From the NCBI GenBank assembly GCA_947499005.1, contig CANMML010000018.1, positions 6,325-70,324 on the forward strand: DNA of 64,000 nucleotides. The letters are read 5' to 3'. Shown piece after piece: positions 58,671-64,000 of the stretch; position 1 is the first letter of the stretch, and each line of letters begins with the position of its first letter. A program made the position numbers and the translations under genes. Origin of the DNA: an uncultured Aquimarina sp. GTDB lineage: Bacteria; Bacteroidota; Bacteroidia; Flavobacteriales; Flavobacteriaceae. A model generated the notes under the pieces. It worked only from the letters and a program-made list of their open reading frames with translations, did not search any database and had not been told where the DNA came from.

Positions 58671-58961
58671 ATGTTAAGTAAAATCTTTCAAATACTATTA
58701 TCTACCATTTTGGTATTGTCTGTAGTGAGTCCTACGGTACTCGAGTTGGTTGATATTGAACATGAAATTTCTTTTTCAGAAGATATCGAAGACGATCAAA
58801 AGGAAGGAAAGAAAGAATTAGAACTTAATGATTTGTTTTTTTTAGTGGATAAAGAAAATCCTTATGAAAGCATTTTGTTAGGTATAGAAAAGAGTGTTTT
58901 TATAAAACAATGCCCAACACTCTTTTATTTAGAAATTACTTCGCCTCCACCTGAAGTATAA
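58671..58961 (+). CDS. Small hypothetical protein upstream of SulP
   Basis: Hydrophobic N-terminus, acidic middle, C-terminal SPPPE. Confidence 0.6.
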   Translation: MLSKIFQILLSTILVLSVVSPTVLELVDIEHEISFSEDIEDDQKEGKKELELNDLFFLVDKENPYESILLGIEKSVFIKQCPTLFYLEITSPPPEV

Positions 58962-59058
58962 GTAGCCTCTTCTTGTAAAGGATTTGTAATACTGCAAATT
59001 CTTCCAAATTACTTTTAGTTTAATAACACATTACATATGTGTGTAATAAAAAATAATC

Positions 59059-60651
59059 ATGTTTAAATATTTAAAGAATGACTTGCCAGCGAGTATCGTT
59101 GTGTTTTTCGTGGCTTTGCCTTTATGTTTAGGAATTGCCTTAGCTAGTGGAGCACCACCATTTGCCGGAATGATCGCAGGTATTATAGGAGGAATCGTTG
59201 TTGGAAGTCTTAGTGGGTCTCAAATTGGGGTTAGTGGGCCTGCAGCAGGGCTAGCAGCTATAGTTTTAACAGCAATTACTAGTTTAGGAGGGTATGAAAA
59301 CTTCTTAGTAGCTGTTGTAATTGGAGGTGTTATACAGATACTTTTTGGGATTTTAAAAGCAGGAGTTATTGGATATTATTTTCCAAACTCAGTAATTAAA
59401 GGGATGTTAGTAGGTATTGGAATTATCATCATTCTTAAAGAAATACCATACTTTTTTGGATATGATAAAGTATTAGGTGGGCAGTTTTCCTTTTTCAAAG
59501 TTGAATTCAAATCATTATTTACACCCATCATCAATTCCTTAGGGAACCCTTCTTTAGGACCTTTGTTTATAGGAGTAGTTTCATTACTGCTAATGATTTT
59601 TTGGAGCAATGTTCTTGCAAAGAAAGCTAAAGTTTTCACATTGATACAAGGGCCTTTTGCAGCAGTAGTTTTAGGAGTTCTTTATGCCGTTGCTACTAAA
59701 GGAAATGAAACTTGGGGAATTCTTTCGAATCACTTAGTAGAAGTTCCTGTGCCAGACAGTTTCGACTCGTTCATAGGGCAATTTAGATTTCCTAATTTTG
59801 AGGTGATAGGAAGAACAGATATTTGGGTTACAGGTTTTACGATTGCTTTGGTAGCTAGTTTAGAAACGTTACTTTGTGTTGAAGCTACTGATAAGATTGA
59901 TCCTAAAAAACGTGTTACACCTACGAATAGAGAATTGTTAGCTCAAGGTGCTGGTAATGTATTGTCAGGGTTTATTGGAGGTTTACCTATTACTCAGGTA
60001 ATTGTTAGAAGTTCAGCTAACATTCAGTCTGGCGGGCAAACCAAATTGTCTGCGATTGTACATGGGTTTTTATTATTAATTTCTGTTTTAACAATTCCTT
60101 CATTATTGAACTTGATTCCGTATTCAGTGTTGGCAGCAATTTTATTGATTGTAGGGTATAAATTAGCACACCCTTCTAAATTTAAAAAAATGTTTTCTTT
60201 AGGTTGGAAACAATGGTTGCCTTTTTTGATAACCGTAGTTTTAATTGTTGCTACCGATTTATTATTAGGAATAGGGGTTGGACTAGCTATAGGTATTTTA
60301 ATCGTATTGATAAAAAGCTATCAAAACTCGCACTTTCTTCATATAAAAGAAACAGATACAGAAGTTCATAACGTTAAAATGGAATTGGCTGAAGAATTAA
60401 CGTTTTTCAATAAAGGGGCAATTATGCGTGAATTAGAAGCGCTACCTAAAAACACCCAATTAGAAATTGATACAGTAAAAACTAGATATCTAGATAACGA
60501 TATTATTGAAGTATTGGAAGACTTCTTAGATAAAGCTAAGAATAGAGATATTAATATCAAATTGATATCTAAAAGAGGAGTTGTTGAAAATCCGGAAAGT
60601 TTTATAGAATTTTTCAGAAACAACCCTAAAAGCAATATATCATTGAGTTAA
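59059..60651 (+). CDS. SulP family inorganic anion transporter
   Basis: DLPASIVVFFVALPLCLGIALASG, VSGPAAG, SLETLL, NRELLAQG, VIVRSSAN, STAS-like tail. Confidence 0.93.
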   Translation: MFKYLKNDLPASIVVFFVALPLCLGIALASGAPPFAGMIAGIIGGIVVGSLSGSQIGVSGPAAGLAAIVLTAITSLGGYENFLVAVVIGGVIQILFGILKAGVIGYYFPNSVIKGMLVGIGIIIILKEIPYFFGYDKVLGGQFSFFKVEFKSLFTPIINSLGNPSLGPLFIGVVSLLLMIFWSNVLAKKAKVFTLIQGPFAAVVLGVLYAVATKGNETWGILSNHLVEVPVPDSFDSFIGQFRFPNFEVIGRTDIWVTGFTIALVASLETLLCVEATDKIDPKKRVTPTNRELLAQGAGNVLSGFIGGLPITQVIVRSSANIQSGGQTKLSAIVHGFLLLISVLTIPSLLNLIPYSVLAAILLIVGYKLAHPSKFKKMFSLGWKQWLPFLITVVLIVATDLLLGIGVGLAIGILIVLIKSYQNSHFLHIKETDTEVHNVKMELAEELTFFNKGAIMRELEALPKNTQLEIDTVKTRYLDNDIIEVLEDFLDKAKNRDINIKLISKRGVVENPESFIEFFRNNPKSNISLS

Positions 60652-60662
60652 AGAAATTAAAG

Positions 60663-61289
60663 ATGAAAGCACATACATTAGAAACACAAGCTTTAATGAC
60701 GCCAGATAGTGCATTAGAAGCTTTATTAAAAGGAAACCAACGTTTTGTAACAAATACTTCAGTTAATAGGGATTTGATTGAACAAGTAGAAGATACTGCT
60801 GGAGGGCAATACCCTTTTGCAACTATATTGCATTGTATAGATTCGCGTGTATCAGCAGAATTATTATTCGATCAAGGCATCGGAGATGTTTTTAGTATTC
60901 GTATCGCAGGAAATTTTGTCAATGAAGATATTCTTGGTAGTATGGAGTTTGCTTGCAAATTGGCAGGGACAAAATTAGTCTTAGTGCTTGGGCATACTGC
61001 TTGTGGAGCTGTTAAAGGAGCTTGTGATCATGCACGTTTGGGTAATTTGACTGCTCTTATAAATAAGATAGAACCTGCTGTAGAAGCGGTTAGTGAGCCT
61101 AGTGACGAAAGCAAGCGTAATTCTAAAAACATTGATTTTGTAAATGCAGTTGCTAAACAAAATGTATTAATGACTCTTGACAATATCCGTTCCAAAAGTC
61201 CAGTTTTAAAAGACCTTGAAAATGATGGGACAATTAAAATTGTTGGAGGAATGTATGATATTGCTAGTGGAGTTGTAGAGATTTATTAG
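60663..61289 (+). CDS. Beta-class carbonic anhydrase
   Basis: CIDSRV (CxDSR), RIAGN, GHTACGAV (HxxC). Confidence 0.95.
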   Translation: MKAHTLETQALMTPDSALEALLKGNQRFVTNTSVNRDLIEQVEDTAGGQYPFATILHCIDSRVSAELLFDQGIGDVFSIRIAGNFVNEDILGSMEFACKLAGTKLVLVLGHTACGAVKGACDHARLGNLTALINKIEPAVEAVSEPSDESKRNSKNIDFVNAVAKQNVLMTLDNIRSKSPVLKDLENDGTIKIVGGMYDIASGVVEIY

Positions 61290-61344
61290 ATTTCATAACT
61301 GCTATAATAAATACTTATAGAAAGTATATAATTAAAGTATCCTA

Positions 61345-61388
61345 AACCTGTAATACATTTTAAAATAGATTAAAATGTATTACAGGTT
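61345..61388. terminator. 19-bp perfect hairpin after carbonic anhydrase
   Basis: aacctgtaatacattttaa-aataga-ttaaaatgtattacaggtt. Confidence 0.75.
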
Positions 61389-61598
61389 ATTTTTTTATAT
61401 CCATCATTTTATAGAAACATGACTTTTATGACACCTATATGATTATTAGTGTTTTATTATCCTATTATTAGCTATTTAAGCCTGCAGAATGCATGATATG
61501 ACCCTTATCTAAATTGAGATTAGCTGTTAAGTTTGAGTATCATTTGATCAGATGACAATTTAATTACCAATCAAATTTTAACAACTAAATTCTCAATT

Positions 61599-62498
61599 AT
61601 GAAATTATCTAAATTGACAATGCCAGTTCTAGCACTTAGTATGGTATTGTATTCATGTCAAAACGAATCTTCAGAAGAAGTAGAAGTCATTCAAGATGAA
61701 GTAACGTCACAGGCAGAAAGTCCTACGAATTCAGTGGAAGAAAACACAGAAGAGGTAGGATTAAAGTTTACTAATGGTAGATCTAATATATCATTTAATT
61801 GGCCTCAAGGTCGTTATACTAGAGATAGAGCTAACAGAGACTTTAGAGACACCGGTTCTATAAATAATACAGAACTTAATAGGTTAAGTATTACATCAGG
61901 TAAGCAATTAAGTGTAAAATTGTTGAAAAACTCGACAGGATCGAATGGAGGGCAATTTGCACAAATACCGATCCAACGATCATCAAACTCTTATACATTA
62001 AGGTATAATGTTAAATTTCCAAATAATTTTGAATTTGGTAAAGGAGGTAAAATTCCTGGTTTAGCTGGGGGTAGAGCATATTCGGGTTGTAGATCTGAAG
62101 AGACTAAAAGAAATGGAGATGGCTGGTCTTCTAGAGTGATGTGGACTGATGGAGGTAATAACAGACCATTCTTTTACCCTTATGTTTATTACAATGGAAT
62201 GCCAACTCGATGTGGTGATAGCTTTAATAAGAAGTACTATATCCAAAAAAATAAATGGTATACGGTAGAAATGTTTGTAAAAATGAACACAGGAAGCAGT
62301 AGTAACGGGGTTTTACGAATTAAAGTAAATAATCAGACGTTAATACAAAAAAATAATATGAAATGGGTTACTAAAAATGCAGGTAGAGAAATTGATAAAT
62401 TTATGATGGGTATTTTTAGAGGTGGTAATGACAGTTCATGGCATGTGTATAAGGATACAAATATTCTATTTGATAATTTTACTTTAATCAAAGGCTAG
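61599..62498 (+). CDS. PL14-like polysaccharide lyase lipoprotein
   Basis: Lipobox LYSC; LRYNVKFPNNFEFGKGGKIPGLAGG, GWSSRVMW, YVYY, WYTVEMFVKMN, FRGGND..W. Confidence 0.75.
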   Translation: MKLSKLTMPVLALSMVLYSCQNESSEEVEVIQDEVTSQAESPTNSVEENTEEVGLKFTNGRSNISFNWPQGRYTRDRANRDFRDTGSINNTELNRLSITSGKQLSVKLLKNSTGSNGGQFAQIPIQRSSNSYTLRYNVKFPNNFEFGKGGKIPGLAGGRAYSGCRSEETKRNGDGWSSRVMWTDGGNNRPFFYPYVYYNGMPTRCGDSFNKKYYIQKNKWYTVEMFVKMNTGSSSNGVLRIKVNNQTLIQKNNMKWVTKNAGREIDKFMMGIFRGGNDSSWHVYKDTNILFDNFTLIKG

Positions 62499-62552
62499 TA
62501 TTTTTCGTCTTTATCTAAAGTCACCTTTTTTGGTATGAAAAATAAGAGATAT

Positions 62553-62581
62553 AAAAAAGCAGGCTTAAAGCCTGCTTTTTT
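62553..62581. terminator. Bidirectional terminator
   Basis: aaaaaagcaggct-taa-agcctgctttttt. Confidence 0.85.
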
Positions 62582-62606
62582 TGGGTAATTATCAAATAAA
62601 ATGAAC

Positions 62607-64000
62607 CTATTTGATTATAAACTTAAGGGTTTTATTAGTGTCAACTTGAATGAAATAAACACCTGAATTAAAATTATAAGTTTCAATGTTAATTAATGAA
62701 TCTTCTGCATATAGCTCTTTAACTTTCTGTCCTAAACTGTTGAAGACATAAATGCTATTTCCTCCCGATAATCCTTCAATAGTTACATTTTCGCCACTAT
62801 TTAATACAGTAGGATAAGCAATTAAATTATCGGTATTATTCACTAATGCTTTATTTCCAAGTCGAACAATACTCCATACCTGATTTGCATTATTAGGATT
62901 TGCAGCCCATAAATGAATTTCTCCATTTCTTTGACCTCCTGCCACATCCATTGCTCTAGATAAACAATGAGTAGGTTTTAATGTGAAATTAGAACCATTT
63001 CTTTCTACTCTCCATTTTTTATGATCTCCATTAGAGTTTGTCCATGTCTTCACATTTGCACCATTAAAACATTGTGCACTTTGAACTTCTAAATATCTAC
63101 CAGTTCCATTATTTTTTATGGTGTAAACATTATTTCCTAGGTGTTGAAAACGCCATTGTTGGTCAGCAAAATTACCAGTATTAACAACTCTTGCATCATG
63201 ATTTTCTAAAGCACGAGCTAGTAAACTTTGATTCAATCTTGGATTTGTAATTCTATATAGACCATTCTCTATAATTTGTCCAGAAGAATTTCCACCCGTA
63301 TTACCTCCAGTGTTTCCACCTCCATTAAAATTAGGACGGTAGGTACGTACCCATTGTACAACCATTCCGTTTCTATTTTGGTTGTTAAGTGCACTTGCAG
63401 GATCTACAGTTCTTCCATTATGTGATTCTTGATCTAAAATAAGAAAAGTACTATCGTCTAATCCTCTGTTAGGATATCTAGATCCACCAGCGCTTTGTCC
63501 TTGTACATTTGCTAAGGGTTGCTCAGTAGCACATCTTAAGACAGAAGCGTTTGGACATTGAAAAACACCATCTTCAAAACTACCATTTAAACCGAATGCT
63601 TCTCTTCCTGTTACATAATGTGAACCATTAAATCGAGGCTGTCCGTCGATGTAGAATGTACATGATGTCGGGCTAGCCCAGTATACACCAAAGTTGTGAA
63701 AATCATTTCTCCAAAATTGTGTTGCTGAAGAGTTAAAATCAGCACTATTAGGGTTAGTAGTAAAAAATGTTTGATATGTAAAATCGGTAATGTCTAATCC
63801 ACCACAATTGTCTAAGTCATCAGTACCAGGGATATTTTGTACCCCTTGTCTATGCCAAATATGAAAATTAGTTGACATTTGTTTTGCATAAAAGTTATCA
63901 GGATCTCCACCATAACACTCTAGCATATCAATCTCTTCGTTATCACATTCGTTTAAAGCCCAAAAGTTAGAGGAAGTTCTCAGATTTGAAACGCGAATAC
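62607..64000 (-). CDS. GH16 beta-porphyranase-like enzyme + ricin/CBM13 + T9SS CTD; N-terminus beyond right edge
   Basis: Frame open to the edge: IRVSNLRTSSNFWALNECDNEEIDMLECYGG..YAKQMSTNFHIW (EIDMLE = ExDxxE), FHNFGVYWASPT..FYIDG; QxW ricin repeats; IAYPTVL..FNSGVYFIQ..KFIIK. Confidence 0.82.
   Translation of the reverse strand, partial: IRVSNLRTSSNFWALNECDNEEIDMLECYGGDPDNFYAKQMSTNFHIWHRQGVQNIPGTDDLDNCGGLDITDFTYQTFFTTNPNSADFNSSATQFWRNDFHNFGVYWASPTSCTFYIDGQPRFNGSHYVTGREAFGLNGSFEDGVFQCPNASVLRCATEQPLANVQGQSAGGSRYPNRGLDDSTFLILDQESHNGRTVDPASALNNQNRNGMVVQWVRTYRPNFNGGGNTGGNTGGNSSGQIIENGLYRITNPRLNQSLLARALENHDARVVNTGNFADQQWRFQHLGNNVYTIKNNGTGRYLEVQSAQCFNGANVKTWTNSNGDHKKWRVERNGSNFTLKPTHCLSRAMDVAGGQRNGEIHLWAANPNNANQVWSIVRLGNKALVNNTDNLIAYPTVLNSGENVTIEGLSGGNSIYVFNSLGQKVKELYAEDSLINIETYNFNSGVYFIQVDTNKTLKFIIK

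Noticed and set aside
61410-61500. Recurrent atgac/atgat words upstream of the PL14-like gene
   Set aside because: Too short and irregular to call an operator
61599-61760. Acidic low-complexity stretch as a repeat element
   Set aside because: Ordinary lipoprotein tether linker

Overview
AT-rich marine Flavobacteriaceae-type window (T9SS C-terminal domains, SusC/D, TAnnTTTG promoters, monomeric IDH). From left to right: (1) a pair of signal-peptide-bearing YD/RHS genes resembling a split TcB/TcC toxin shell, cut by the window edge; (2) thrS-infC-rpmI-rplT, with a non-AUG infC start and candidate leader RNAs; (3) a ~32 kb polysaccharide utilisation locus (about 9.4-41.6 kb): two T9SS proteins divergent from kduI, DUF4861, a hybrid two-component regulator, SGBP-SusC-SusD, GH88, a DUF4955/PL29-like beta-helix lyase, a TRAP transporter, one sulfatase resembling chondroitin 4-O-sulfatases, GH43, two tandem basic secreted paralogues, an unclassified propeller GH and GH2. 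The gene set points to chondroitin/dermatan-sulfate-like glycans; (4) a Crp/Fnr - GlcG/HbpS - propeller/Dabb cassette with a structured upstream region; (5) housekeeping genes (icd, rplS, mtaB, ABC-F, rpmH, carB, SulP, beta-carbonic anhydrase); (6) a PL14-like lyase and a GH16 porphyranase-like T9SS enzyme cut by the right edge. No rRNA, tRNA, CRISPR or transposase was seen. Family calls come from motif recognition and recalled homologues, not from database searches. Hairpins were paired by hand.
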